Origin: Octopus vulgaris
Taxonomy: Eukaryota
Direction: 5' to 3'
Assembly (NCBI GenBank): GCA_951406725.2
Contig: OX597833.1
Location: 54,250,001-54,314,000 of the forward strand
DNA length: 64,000 nucleotides
The notes beneath the pieces are model-generated. The model had not been told where the DNA came from and did not search any database. It saw only the letters and a program-made list of their open reading frames with translations. This document shows positions 51,004 to 64,000 of this stretch, piece by piece. Positions within the stretch are counted from its first letter, which is position 1, and the number at the start of each line of letters is the position of its first letter. Made by a program: the position numbers and the translations under genes.

Positions 51004-51529
51004 AGCAAGGACAAAATTAGTTCATGAGAGGCCCAACTCGACATTTGGGATGAGCTTTTAAGAAAAAAAGGTGTATATTATATGTTATTAAATACAGTAG
51101 TTTCCATCAACCCAATTTCTCTCACAAACCCTGAGTTTGTGAAGGACATGGAGGATATGGTAAAAGACGTTTGTTGGATGATATACAGTCTTCTATTGTG
51201 CCCTCTATCTATTCAAGGCATCACAACTTTCTCCAATACCTCTGTATAGAAAGCAGCATTGAAAAAGTAAAGAGGCATGACATTTTCCTCATTGCTGACA
51301 ATTCCCAGAACCATTACAGTTGCTGGGAACTTAGTATACATGACTGTTAGAACCTCATTTGGGTCTCTGCATAACTATCTGTCGTTCTTTTGATTTACTT
51401 TTTGGTCCTGGTTAAAGCTTTTCAGAGAAAAACCAAAGCTTTCTAGCCTCTTAGTATTTTAACTTGCTATGCAAACACTGCACAGATCAAATGATTCTCT
51501 CTTGTCATATCTGACATAAAAGGACCTCC

Positions 51530-51735
51530 CGGGGCTTTCTCCATCCGGGTTGCGGATCCGTGGAATAAGCTGCCGGACGAGATAGTGATGATGCCGACGA
51601 CCGCTCAGTTCAAAGTCTCCCTTGACCACAAATGGCCTGAACTCTTTGCATGAACACCCTCCCCGTACATAACTCCATGTCCTCCTACATGGCCTTGCTT
51701 TTTGCTTTTTGAGCCAAAAAATTAACTTAACTTAA
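51530..51735 (+). mobile_element. CR1-group LINE 3' end
   Basis: GAFSIRVADPWNKLPDEIVMMPTTAQFKVSLDHKWPELFA* matches the FS.RV...WN.LP...FK..LD terminus, followed by a short 3' UTR and (AACTT)n tail. Confidence 0.85.
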
Positions 51736-52889
51736 ATACAACTTGTACCAGGTGTTCTCATGCACAGCTCTTCCGATGGTGCATTCTGAGTGCTTCAGGT
51801 CCATTGCAATAACTGATTAACTTTACAGGTTTTATGTGTTCTGATGGTGTTAGGACCCAGTAGGTCTGTGTAGTGATGTCTGTATGTGACAACCTACAAT
51901 TTTACAATTGCATGCGAGAAAGGAGGGTCACCATATTGTACGTAAAATGACAAGAAAATTAGAACTTGTGAGACGTTCATGATAAGTCATAACATATTTA
52001 TTACTGGATGTAATGTGGCCACATATAAGAATGGTTTGAAAGAAAAGGCTTGTAACATATTTCATGAACATACTTTGCAACCATATGTCTCAAAGCAAAT
52101 GAGGCAAATATGCATGTGTGTGGGTGTGTGTGTGAGTAGCGTGGCTCAATGTGTACGCCTAGGAACTGACAGGCAAAAGGCATGAAATCAAAAATGCGCT
52201 CACTTTACATAAGGGATGAACCAGAAGTCCCTGACTTCCACGTGATCTGGAAGTTAATTGAAAGCTAGAATATTCAAGAATTTTTGAGAAGGTTGAGGGA
52301 GATTACTCTTGTTAGATCCCATTTTTATTTTGCTTTCCTGCTTGACTGCCAGGGGTCACTACATGTGTTTTATGTTTAGCTGCTGATGTTGGGTCCCTGT
52401 CATCAGCTTCCAGATCCTCGTGAACCTTGACAATAAAGGATCAGACGTCTCTTAGGAAGCAAGCTCTTTCTGATGTTTGGCATTATTTATCTGAAAAGAA
52501 GGTAAGTACTGAGAATGATTTGTTCGACTAAAACACTTCAAGGTGGTGCCCCAGCATGGCCACAGTGCAATGACTGAGACAATGATCGGAAAGATAAAAG
52601 ATGAAAGAAGGAAAAGATGATTACAGGTGAGATACCTGTGTTCGTAGAGGCCTGACCTGTAAAGTCTGACCTTGGGCTAAACAACATCAAGGACAACAGC
52701 AACAATAATAACAGAAATAGTTACAGAAATGATAACAGACACATCTCAAAGAGCAGTAAAAGAGAAACAACATCCACAATAACTACAACAAAAACAGCAA
52801 CAACAACCATGTCTGTACTAAATCCCACCACCAACATCACCACCATCACATCACACAACAGCAATGATAATAATGACATCAAAAATTAG

Positions 52890-53019
52890 ACCAACAACAG
52901 CAACAACAGTAGTAGTAGTAGTAGTAGTAGTAGCAGCAGCAGCAGCTGCTGTAGTAGCTGCAGTAATAGTAGTAGTAGTAGTAATAGCAGCAGCAACGGC
53001 AGCAGCAGCAGCAGCAGTT

Positions 53020-53077
<58 letters not shown>

Positions 53078-53094
53078 CTGCAGTAGTAGCAGCT

Positions 53095-53140
<46 letters not shown>

Positions 53141-53242
53141 CAGTAGCAGTAGCAGTTGTAGTAGCAGTAATAGTAGTAGTAGTAGCATCAGTAGCAGTAA
53201 TAGTAGTAGTAGTTGCAGTTGTAGTATTAGTAGCAGCAGCAC
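52890..53242. repeat. (GTA)n/(GCA)n microsatellite
   Basis: Directly visible. Confidence 0.95.
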
Positions 53243-53617
53243 TACCAAAGACAAAAACATTAAAAATCAGTAAAAATAGAAAGTAAGAATAACATTATCC
53301 ATGGCAACAACAAACACAAGATAGGAACAACAACAACAACAACAGCAACAACAATAAACAACAAGAGACAATCGAAAGCAGTGTGAATGAGGAAAAAAAA
53401 ATATATAAGTAAAAAAAAAAAAATAAACAAACAGTACTGGCAACAATAACAATATCCATAGCAACAGCAATATTAAGATGGAAAATACTAACAACAACAA
53501 CAACAACAACAACAATAATAAAGAGGTTTTATATTTTTCGAATTTTTTTAAGAAAAAAAAAAAAGAAACGGAGCCGATTGGTTTTCAATTCCAACGTTCC
53601 ACAACCAAAACACTTAC

Positions 53618-53689
53618 TTCATCATTATCTCTGCCATGGTTACCTTGTTTTATTGTATGCTTCTCTCTGTATTCACAGATATTATACGT
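53618..53689 (-). other. Candidate 72-nt exon
   Basis: TTAACTTCAG | ACGTAT...GATGAA | GTAAGT. Open in phase 0 (TYNICEYREKHTIKQGNHGRDNDE) and contains ACCATGG (MAEIMM). The polypyrimidine tract is weak. Confidence 0.3.
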
Positions 53690-53709
53690 CTGAAGTTAAA
53701 CTTGGTTAA

Positions 53710-54981
53710 TCTCTCTCTATATCTTTATATATAAAAGTGAAGTTGTGTGAGTGTCTGTCTCCTACGATTTAGATTCCTAACTACTCCCACATTTTGCGGT
53801 GCAGTTTAACCAAAACCGGGTATCTTATAGTCGTGATTCATATCGAGCCCTTCTGGGTATTAGCGCGCGTCTACGATGACTCTACGATTTTAAAAATAAT
53901 TTACCATCATTTTTTTCCATTTTAATGCATTTTTTTCGCTATTATATAAGGGAAGTAACTCTCTAAAAATGTCTACGATGAGTCAACGATTTAAAAAAAA
54001 AATTACCATAATTTTTTTCCCATTTTTAATTTATCTTTTTGCTATTTTTTAGCTATAACTCTCTAAAAATGCTTTATAGTTATTTCCCTTACAAATCCGA
54101 GCAACGCCGGGCGATACTGCTAGTATATATATAAAGCTGAATTTGTCTGTGTATGGCAGGTTTGGTAGCCTTCAACAAACACTATCTCCTCCGAGACCTT
54201 GCGGCACAAGTTGACCAAAATTAAGAATATGATAGAAGAAGGATTGCTCTTCCTTCTGTAGAAGAAAAAAATTCAAATCTGACCATGTTAACACCAAAAA
54301 TTATTTACATCAAAAAGGTGCTTTTTTTCTATGAAAATCCCTATCTTTTACGATTTTTTGACTGCCGTGCGCCATTTTTCGGTGTCTTTCAAGTTTGAGA
54401 GCCTTCAACTAACACTATCTCCTCCGAGACCCTGCGGCGCAAGTTGACCAAAATTGAGAGTATGATATAAGAAGGATTGCTCTTTCTTCTGAAGGAGAAA
54501 AAAATTCAAATCGGACTATGTTAACACCAAAACTTATTTACATCAAAAAGGTGCTTTTTTTCTATGAAAATCTCTATCTTTTACGATTTTTTGACTGCCG
54601 TGTCACCATTTTTCGGTGTCTTTCAAGTTTGGGAGCCTTCAGCTAACACTATCTCCTCCGAGACCCTGCGGCGCAAGTTGACCAAGATTGAGAGTATGAT
54701 AGAAGAAGGCTTGCTCTTTCTTTCCGGAGAAGGAAAAATTCAAATCGGACCATGTTAACACCAAAAATTATTTACATCAAAAAGATGCTTTTTTTTCTAT
54801 GAAAATACCTATCTTTTACGATTTTTTGACTACTGTGTCGCCATTTTTCGGTGTATTTCAACCAGAGAAATGTTCACTTAAAGAGAATAACAAGCTACAT
54901 AATACAAAATTTTTTACTTTTCAAAAATTCCAATTCTAAAGGGTCGAAACAAACCTGAGCAATGCTGGGCGATACTGCTAG
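53710..54981 (+). mobile_element. Non-autonomous Helitron (outer) with three internal ~234-bp tandem repeats
   Basis: Ends CCTGAGCAATGCTGGGCGATACTGCTAG|T. Repeat units start at 54167, 54400 and 54634. Its 5' TCTCTCTCTATA is split from TATATATAAAGCTG by the inner element. Confidence 0.8.
53722..54123 (+). mobile_element. Non-autonomous Helitron (inner)
   Basis: A|TC start, subterminal GC hairpin CCGAGCAACGCCGGG, CTAG|T end, no TSD. Confidence 0.85.
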
Positions 54982-55804
54982 TACAATATAAGCTCATCCT
55001 CTCTGCACCGCTACTGTCATCTTCATTGTCATCAGCACTGCTGATAATTAGGTGGCGAGCTGGCAGAAACGTTAGCACGCCGGGCGAAATGCATAGCCAT
55101 ATTTCGTCTGCTGTTACGCTCTGAGTTCAAATTCCGCCGAGGTCAACCTTGTCATTCATCCTTTCGGGGTCGATAAATTAAGTACCAGTTACGCACTGGG
55201 GTCGATGTAATCGACTTAATCCCTTTGTCTGTCCTTATTTGTCCCCTCTGTGTTTAGCTCCTTGTGGGTAGTAAAGAAATATAATATCAGCACTGCTTTA
55301 CTCTCTTTACTCTCTTTTACTTGTTTCAGTCATTTGACTGCGGCCATGCTGGAGCACCGCCTTGCTTTAATTTATACAAACAGTGCCCAAGCCTCATCCA
55401 GAGACGTCAGGAGACAACAAGATTTTGTATCTAAATGTGCAAACAAGTGAGGTTCCAAGCAACAGAAAATAATTGAAGTCTGAGTTTAAAAAAGATCCCT
55501 TTATGAAATTCATTATAAAACATGTGATGGAGTAGCTGCGAGGTAAGAAGTTTGCTTCCCAACCACATGGTCCTGGGTTCAGTTCCACCATGTAGCAACT
55601 TGGGCAAGTGTCATCTACTTTAGCTTCAGGCTGACCAAAGCCCTGTGAGTGGATTTGGTAGATGTATGCTCAAAAAATCGACCAATGAAAGCACTCACTG
55701 CTAACCCTACATGAACATCCTGTCTCTGCTCCAATTTGGGGGGTTCACAAGTATTTTTTTGACATTAGGTACATGATTGAATGAGGATCTTAAGTAATAC
55801 TTAT

Positions 55805-56420
55805 TCAATATTTTCCTATACCTATGGTCTTGAGTAAAATGTTTTAATCACTATAAATTTATTCCTTTCTTTAAGAATTTCTTTTATCTATTACTTATAT
55901 ATGAAGTATTTCATACACTTTCTTCTGTCTTTTCCCTTTCATTCACTTCACCTCCCTATATACAGCTGCTGAATGATGCCCTTCAGGTATACCTGTCAAT
56001 TATTTTCTTATACCTATGCTCTTGTGTAATGCATTTATCCACTAATTTATTACACCTATTCTGTACTTCTAAGTTTATTTCTTTTTAAGAATTCTTTTTA
56101 CTTATTACATCTGAAGATTTCTTCCAGTTTTCATACACTTTCTTTCTTCCTTCTTTTCTCTTTTTTTCAACTCACCTCATCATATACAGCTGAATAAGAC
56201 CCTTAAGTTATACCTATCAAATATTTTCCTATACTTATGGTCTTGTGTAAAATGTTTATCCACTAATCTATTGCACTTCTTCTGTACCTATAAGTTTATT
56301 CCTTTGTTTAAGATTTCATTTTATCTATTACTTATATTTCAAGATCTCTCTCCATCTCATGTATGTCTTTTCTTACTTCTTCTCCCTTTCTTTCATCACT
56401 TCACCTTCCCATATACAATT
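55805..56420. repeat. Three diverged ~190-220-bp tandem units
   Basis: TCAA(T/A)ATTTTC.TATAC.TATG.TCTTG.GTAA at ~55805, ~55997 and ~56217; each unit ends with TCACCT...ATATACA. Confidence 0.8.
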
Positions 56421-57191
56421 TTATCTGGGGGTAAGTTGTTGCTGTGAGGATATGGACCAATAAATTCATGACAAAAGGAAAAAAAAAATTTTTTTTAATA
56501 AAAAAAAAAATAGAAGTCCTCAATTGAAATTTGATTTACGTCTATCTCACCCACTCCCCACACTTTACTTAAAACATAACAGTAACACTTCATAATTACT
56601 TAAAATAATATTAATTTTCATACTTAAAACAAACACACTCACGCATCAAAAAAACAAAAACAAAAGCAAAAAAAAAAAACAGAATCAAATCGTCTTTGCA
56701 TCCACTCAAATATTTCATCTTCTACAAGCTCTTAGCATTTTTCAATTCGTTTCAACAATTTCCCATGATTCCTCAGTGTAAGTCAGGCAGGCAGGCAGGC
56801 AGGCAGGCAACAAGCCAGCCAACCAGCCAGCCAACTGAACAGCCGGCTATTCATTTTGCTAACTATAATCTTACATCTTGTTATTTACCTCAGTTGCTAT
56901 CACCTCAGAATCTCTCCCTCTCTTGCTCCCCCCCCGCCGCCCCACTGAAAACGTATATTGCTTTAGAATCTCATTTCTTAGTAATTTCCATTGTCCTTTA
57001 TATGTCTCCTTCAATTTCCTTCTATTTTCTTTCATTTCTACTTTGTTCTTACAGGTTTTTTCTTTACTTATATAACACACACACACACATGCACACATAC
57101 ATGCATGTGTATGAATACATATATATATATATATATAAATGTGTGTATGTATGTATATATATGTGTATATGTATATATGTGTGTGCGTATG

Positions 57192-57234
<43 letters not shown>

Positions 57235-57477
57235 GCATATACATATGTATGTATGTATTCATACATGCATACATATATAAATATATATGATGTCATATTA
57301 TAAATATATGACATATATATATAAATATATATGACATATATATATATACATATATATATATACATACATATATGATGTTATATTATAAATGATATATATA
57401 TATATATATGATGATATATAATAAATATATGATATATATATATGTGTGTGTGTGTGTGATGCTATATAATGAATATA

Positions 57478-57529
<52 letters not shown>

Positions 57530-57734
57530 TATATACTTATATATATATAATATATAATTATATTATATATGTTATAATTATTTTATATTACATTATTTAA
57601 TATAATATAACATAATATATTATATTATGTCATTACATGTACACGCATATACAATCTTATACACACAGACACACACAAATATATACATATATATTTCCTT
57701 TGTGTGTATGCATATATGAAATATATATGTATAC

Positions 57735-57765
<31 letters not shown>

Positions 57766-58729
57766 ATAATAATAATCAAATCATTTTGCTGATATCAGGA
57801 ATACAACTGAGCTTTTATACGATATTTTTTTTTTCAATAATCTCTTTACATCTACTTTCATTTTTCGTTCATTACTTTCTGTGAACCTTATTTCCCAGCC
57901 CCCATCTTACCCCCATCTTATCTTTTTACTTTCCCCTTTGTAATTTTTATTCCCATTAACTCCATAAATTCCGCTAAATATCTACATCCACCTGAAATCT
58001 CTTTTTTTCCGCATGTCCTTCTGACACAAACTTTGTTATATGTCACCAATATTCTTGCTTTCCATTGTGTAGTATATAACAATGTCTGGGGTCTTTCGTT
58101 TTTTCTTCTATATCTCTCTCCCATTTTATATATATATCTTTCTATATATATATATTTTACATACATATTTTTCTTGCATTGTATGCAATTCCACCACAAT
58201 GCCACAAGCAACAATGCCACAGACTGGCATTTTCAGGTTTGTCTATTATTCGCAAAAAAAAAAAAAAATTAATAAAGACCTGACTTAGCTCCAATGTTAT
58301 TTGTCACAATAGTGATTATCATAAAAGAACATATCTGTGTTGGGCAATTAGCTAAGAACTAGTGTTCGTAGCAAGATAAGATGTTTTTTTGAAGAAAAAA
58401 TGGCAATTCATGTAAATATATACATAGACACATATACATACATGTGTGTGCGTGTGTGTGTATATTTATATCTATATATGTATCTATATATATATACATA
58501 TATACACACATATATATGCATATATGTACATATATATATATATATATATGCAAATATATATACATATATGTATGTATATATATATTTATACATATAAATA
58601 TACATATATATACATATACATGTATGCATATATATATATATATATATACACAATATATACACACACACATGTACACACGCACACACATACACACACGTAT
58701 ATATACATATATATACACATATATATATA

Positions 58730-58768
<39 letters not shown>

Positions 58769-58926
58769 TATACATATATATATAAGCATATATATGTATA
58801 TATATATGTGTGTGCATGTGTGTATAACAAACATTGATTCTGATAACTTGAATTTTTCGTATATAAAAATTGATACATATAAATAAATATATATATATAT
58901 ATACATACATAAAACACATATGTATG

Positions 58927-59014
<88 letters not shown>

Positions 59015-59180
59015 TATGTATATATATGTATATATATACATATATATTTATCTATCAATCTATATATGTGTGTGTATATATATATATATATATAAATATG
59101 TATGTATATATATTTATTTATATGTATGTATATATATTTATTTATATGTATGTATAAATGTTTATGTATATATGTATATA

Positions 59181-59221
<41 letters not shown>

Positions 59222-59246
59222 CTATCAATCTATATATATGTATATG

Positions 59247-59288
<42 letters not shown>

Positions 59289-60117
59289 CATACATATGTT
59301 TTTCTCTATCCTGTTTAACGTCGTCTTTCATGATTCTTGGGGGCATTGTAGTCAAGTTCTATTTCCCCTTTTGTAAAGTTGCAGTAATTTTATGCATAGC
59401 ATCCATATAGGAAACAGGGGTTCATATATTCCTATATTTGCAACATATTTATGGAGCAAGGACTTTTACATGGACATCCTGTCTAGATAGCTGGATATTG
59501 ATTTCCAGACTGATGGAAAGCTATGCACACAGTTAAGAATATGTTCTTGACCCCAGGACTTATTCTTTGTAAGCCGAGTACTTATTGTATCAGTCTCTTT
59601 TGCTGAACCGCTAATTTACGGGGATGTAAGCACACCAGCATCAGTTGGAGCCAATCGGGCGAGAGGGCTGGCATTGACCATAGTCAAGTGGTGCTTTTTA
59701 TGTGCCACCGGAGGAGAAGTAAGTCAGGCAGTGCTGGCATTGGCCACATTCAGATGGCGCCTTTTACATGCCACCGGCGCAGGAGCCAGTGAGGGCGAGG
59801 GAGCTGTGCATCAACCACATTCAGATGGTGCTTTTTACATGCCACTGGCACAGGGACCCAATCAGGTGGAACTGGCAATGACCCCTGCATGTAAGTTGCT
59901 TATCGTGTGCCACCAACATGGGAGCCAATCAGGCGACACTGGGATCAGCCACAGCTACAATTTCCATTTGATTGTGGTTTGATTTGATTTTGATGTTGAT
60001 GTACTTGACTCAGCAGGTCTCCTCACGCACGGCATGTCACCCAAAGATCCATAAGTACTTTTTTAAGTAGGCTGGTTGTGTGACACTGATGTAGGCTACG
60101 GCTGCGACCTATTTATA

Positions 60118-60510
60118 GTTACTCTTTTACTCTTTTACTTGTTTCAGTCATTTAACTGCGGCCATGCTGGAGCATCGCCTTTAGTCGAGCAAATCGACCC
60201 CAGGACTTATTCTTTGTAAGCCCAGTACTTATTCTATTGGTCTCTTTTGCCGAACCGCTAAGTGACGGCGACAAACACACCAGCATCGGTTGTCAAGCAA
60301 TGCTAGGGGGACAAACACAGACACACAAACATACACACATATATATACATATATACGACAGGCTTCTTTCAGTTTCCGTCTACCAAATCCACTCACAAGG
60401 CTTTGGTTGGCCCGAGGCTATAGTAGAAGACACTTGCCCAAGATGCCACACAGTGGGACTGAACCCGAAACCATGTGGTTGGTAAGCAAGCTACTTACCA
60501 CACAGCCACT
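60118..60510 (-). mobile_element. SINE family A, near full length
   Basis: Matches family A. Confidence 0.9.
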
Positions 60511-61057
60511 ATACACACACACACAATATATTTACCCATTTATTCATTTTATCATAAAATAAAATATTTTAGGTTTTGGATAATGAAATTTTACAGGTTG
60601 ATTGTTATATTTATTGACAATATTTCACATATTCATTTTTTCTTCTATTTTCTTTTTTTACTTGCTTCAATCATTTGACTACAGCCAATGCTGGAGCATC
60701 ACCTTCAGGGGTTATGTCGAAGAAATCGACCTCTCGACTTATTCTTTGTAAGCCTAGTACTTATCCTACCAGCCAGTTTTCCCAAACCGCTAAGTTACAG
60801 GGACATAAACACACCAACATAGGTTGTCAATTGATGGCGGGGGCACAAACACAGACACAAAGATGCTCAAACATAAATATATACATAACTGCAACATCTT
60901 ATTCTGGCAGCACACTGGTGGGAGGAGGATGGTGACACATACTGGTAATGGCTTACGCTCGCTCTGATACCATGAGTTGAGGTGATGTCTTCTAGTGCCT
61001 CCAAATTTAATACACAATTATTAATGATTGAGACGCAATTATTTATAATTGAAGAGT

Positions 61058-61148
61058 CCTACGCTGAGAAGAAAAATAGTCGGGTAAGACATAATTATTT
61101 AATTTTTATGCTTTCCTATGACTTAATTTCGAAACGTACGTCCGTAGG
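61058..61148 (+). ncRNA. Type I hammerhead motif with long stem II in a PLE pseudo-LTR relic (~60890-61330)
   Basis: CCTACG CTGAGAA GAAA..AGTC..CATAA..TTATG..GACT..TTTC GAAA CGTACG TC CGTAGG. It has a perfect 6-bp stem I, palindromic stem III ACGTACGT and GUC site; position 8 is A. Confidence 0.8.
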
Positions 61149-61400
61149 TGACTTAATATAGAATGATTGTCGTCATTTCTTTCTCTTTTGCCTGCGTTGT
61201 TTGCCTTTTAAGTGCTGTGGTTTTACTGGGATCTCCCTTTTAAGTAGAAAGACTAGCCATAACTCTTTGACTGCTATTTCTAAATTCGGTGTGTGGTGAG
61301 GCAGATCGTTGCTAAACCCTTAATTACTTAGTATATATATATATATATGATAATAATAATAATGATAATAGTAGTAGTAGTAGTAGTGGTTGTGGTGGTG

Positions 61401-61466
<66 letters not shown>

Positions 61467-61545
61467 AGGAATGTAATTCCAAATCTTGCAGGGAAAAATT
61501 CAATTGAACAATTTTAAATCAAATTTCACAACATATATATATTTA

Positions 61546-61768
61546 TATGTATATAATTTAGAGGAAAAAACCTCTATTAAACAATTCAATAAAGAAAGAC
61601 ATTATTCACACCATACAGAAAACATATGGTACTACTATTTACAATTTATTGTACTTTATTGATGTGAAATAAGGTTTTTTTATATACTATATGTTTTCTA
61701 TATGGTGTGAATAACATCTTTCTTTATTGAATTGTTTAATAGAGGTTTCTCTCTAAATTATATACATA
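61546..61768. repeat. ~85-bp inverted repeat (61546-61631 / 61685-61768), probable PLE fold-back
   Basis: AACCTCTATTAAACAATTCAATAAAGAAAGA versus TCTTTCTTTATTGAATTGTTTAATAGAGGTT; embedded in (TA)n. Confidence 0.8.
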
Positions 61769-61769
61769 C

Positions 61770-61860
<91 letters not shown>

Positions 61861-61923
61861 CAAAATAAGACAAGGTAGAAAATGGTAAAATAATTTTATC
61901 GTGATGAACATTTCAGTACTGGT

Positions 61924-62120
61924 ATTTTACATTATTTACATTTAACAGATATTTGTCCTCATCTTGTTTGTTGTTAACACAACGTTCTGGCTGATATACC
62001 CTCCAGCCTTCATCAGGTGTCTTGGGAAAATTTCGAAACTGGGTTTTCGTTCCTAAAGTATTTTTCGATGCTGTTGTTGTTGTTGTTGTTCTTGTTCTTG
62101 TTCTTCTTCTTCTTCTTCTT

Positions 62121-62151
<31 letters not shown>

Positions 62152-62174
62152 TTATTATTATTATTATTATTATT

Positions 62175-62243
<69 letters not shown>

Positions 62244-62262
62244 TGTTATTATTATTATTATT

Positions 62263-62327
<65 letters not shown>

Positions 62328-62328
62328 T

Positions 62329-62376
<48 letters not shown>

Positions 62377-62390
62377 GTTATTATTATTAT

Positions 62391-62435
<45 letters not shown>

Positions 62436-62548
62436 TTTCATTTATTATTATTATTAAAAACAAACAAGATGAGGTCAAAAAAATATCCGTCAAATGTAAA
62501 TAATGTAAATAATGTACATAATTCCTCATCTCTTAAATATAGAACTGT
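61924..62548. mobile_element. Second copy of the hammerhead retroposon, mostly inverted, with 14-bp TSD
   Basis: Minus-strand body 61924-62070, expanded microsatellite, plus-strand 3' end 62455-62548; ATTT(C/T)AGTACTGGT at 61910-61923 and 62549-62562. Confidence 0.8.
61976..62021 (-). ncRNA. Hammerhead motif (GAAA reads AGAA in this copy)
   Basis: Minus strand GACAC CTGATGA A GGCTG-GAGGGTATAT-CAGCC AGAA CG TT GTGTT. Confidence 0.7.
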
Positions 62549-62949
62549 ATTTTAGTACTGGTCTTTGCGACTTTTTCAACTTGGAGTAAAGCATGATAGA
62601 TAATTAAATTGTGGAAAAATTAAATGAAAGGTTTTTTTTTTTTAGAATATTTCAAAAGTTTTCAAACACAAGGGACGTTTTCCTTTTTTCTTCCTCTCTC
62701 TCTCTCGCTCAATTTACTTTTGTGAAGGCTTGGTAGTTAGAAGTAGAAGATCTGAAGAAATATTTAATATGATATTAACATGTTATCAAATATTTCTTCA
62801 GATCTGCTACTACCTAATGCCAAGCCTTCATAAAAGTAAAAGAGAAAGAGAGGGAGACAGAGACAGAGACAGACAGACAGACAGACAGACAGAAAGAAAA
62901 AAGGAAAATGTTCCTTGTATTTGAAGACTATTACTTTATTTACTTACTT

Positions 62950-63312
62950 TTACTTATACTTGTTTCAGTCATTTGACTGTGGCCATGCTGGAGTACCGCT
63001 TTTAGTCGAGCAAATCGACCCCAGGACTTATTCTTTGTAAGCCTAGTACTTATTCTATCAGTCTTTCTTGTTGAACCGCTAAGTTACAGGGACGTAAGCA
63101 CACAAGCATCAGTTGTCAAATGATGTTGGGGGGACAAACACAGACACACAAACATATATATATATACATATATACGATGGGCTTCTTTTCGGTTTCCGTC
63201 TACCAAATCCACTCACAAGGCTTTGGTCAGCCCAAGGCTATAGCAGAAGACACTTGCCCAAGGTGCCACGCAGTGGGACTACACCCAGAACCACACAGCC
63301 ACTCCTACGCCT
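62950..63312 (-). mobile_element. SINE family A with a deletion in the head
   Basis: Matches family A. Confidence 0.88.
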
Positions 63313-63318
63313 ATGGAA

Positions 63319-63372
63319 ATATTTTAAAAGAATATTTCATATATAGATAGATATATAGATATATATAGATAT

Positions 63373-63416
<44 letters not shown>

Positions 63417-63470
63417 ATATCTATATATATCTATATATCTATCTATATATGAAATATTCTTTTAAAATAT
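63319..63470. repeat. 152-bp palindrome centred on (AT)n
   Basis: ATATTTTAAAAGAATATTTCATATATAGATAG...CTATCTATATATGAAATATTCTTTTAAAATAT with no spacer. Confidence 0.92.
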
Positions 63471-64000
63471 ATATATATATATATATGTACATATATATAT
63501 ACAAATATATATATATACAGATAGATAGATAGATAGATAGATGTGAAGATGCATGGCTTAGGGGTTAGAGTGTTGGGCTCACAATCATGAAGTAATGAGT
63601 TCAATTCCTGGACCAAGCTGTGTTGTGTTCTTGAGTGAGACAACTTTATTTCACATTGCTCCAGTTAACTCAGCAGTAATCCCATGGTCAATCATGAACG
63701 AGGGGCCCTTTTTATCTGTGTTTGTACAGGGAGGGTAATATGGCACCTGTGGCTCTCTCATGAGTGACTCTATATGCTAGCTATGACAACTGTCTACTAA
63801 GAATCCACATTCATAGCTGTCATTATGCAAAATGAGAGATTTCCTTTCTTGGCATTTTTAGAATCTTTTTTTGTATAAACTCATTTTTGATTGGTTATTC
63901 TCTGTTCTTTACAAGAGAGTGAAGCCTTATAGGAAAAAAGAATTCTGTACTATTCTGTTTTTATTTTCATTTCTTCATAAAATAATTATAAAACATTTTA

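Overview
AT-rich, repeat-dominated eukaryotic intronic/intergenic DNA. The repeat families and microsatellite load look like an octopus (coleoid cephalopod) genome; this is inferred from pattern recognition, not a database search. No intact protein-coding gene is evident, and nearly all ORF-track entries are microsatellite or SINE read-throughs. The window holds about 30 tRNA-derived SINE copies from at least 3 families. It also has RTE, CR1 and R4/Dong LINE fragments, mariner/Tc1 relics, TTAA piggyBac-type MITEs, nested non-autonomous Helitrons and a U6 snRNA fragment. Highlights: (1) at least seven minimal type I hammerhead ribozyme motifs in Penelope-like (PLE) pseudo-LTR relics, showing C3-G8, U3-A8 and G3-C8 versions of the catalytic pair; (2) a short tRNA-headed retroposon with a hammerhead and PLE-style inverted ends and TSDs; (3) a 14-unit, ~205-bp tandem array whose unit is a Pol III SINE head, an (AAT)n(ATT)n palindrome and a T4 run; (4) two local templated insertions of (GAT)n blocks; (5) a few weak candidate micro-exons and motif clusters.
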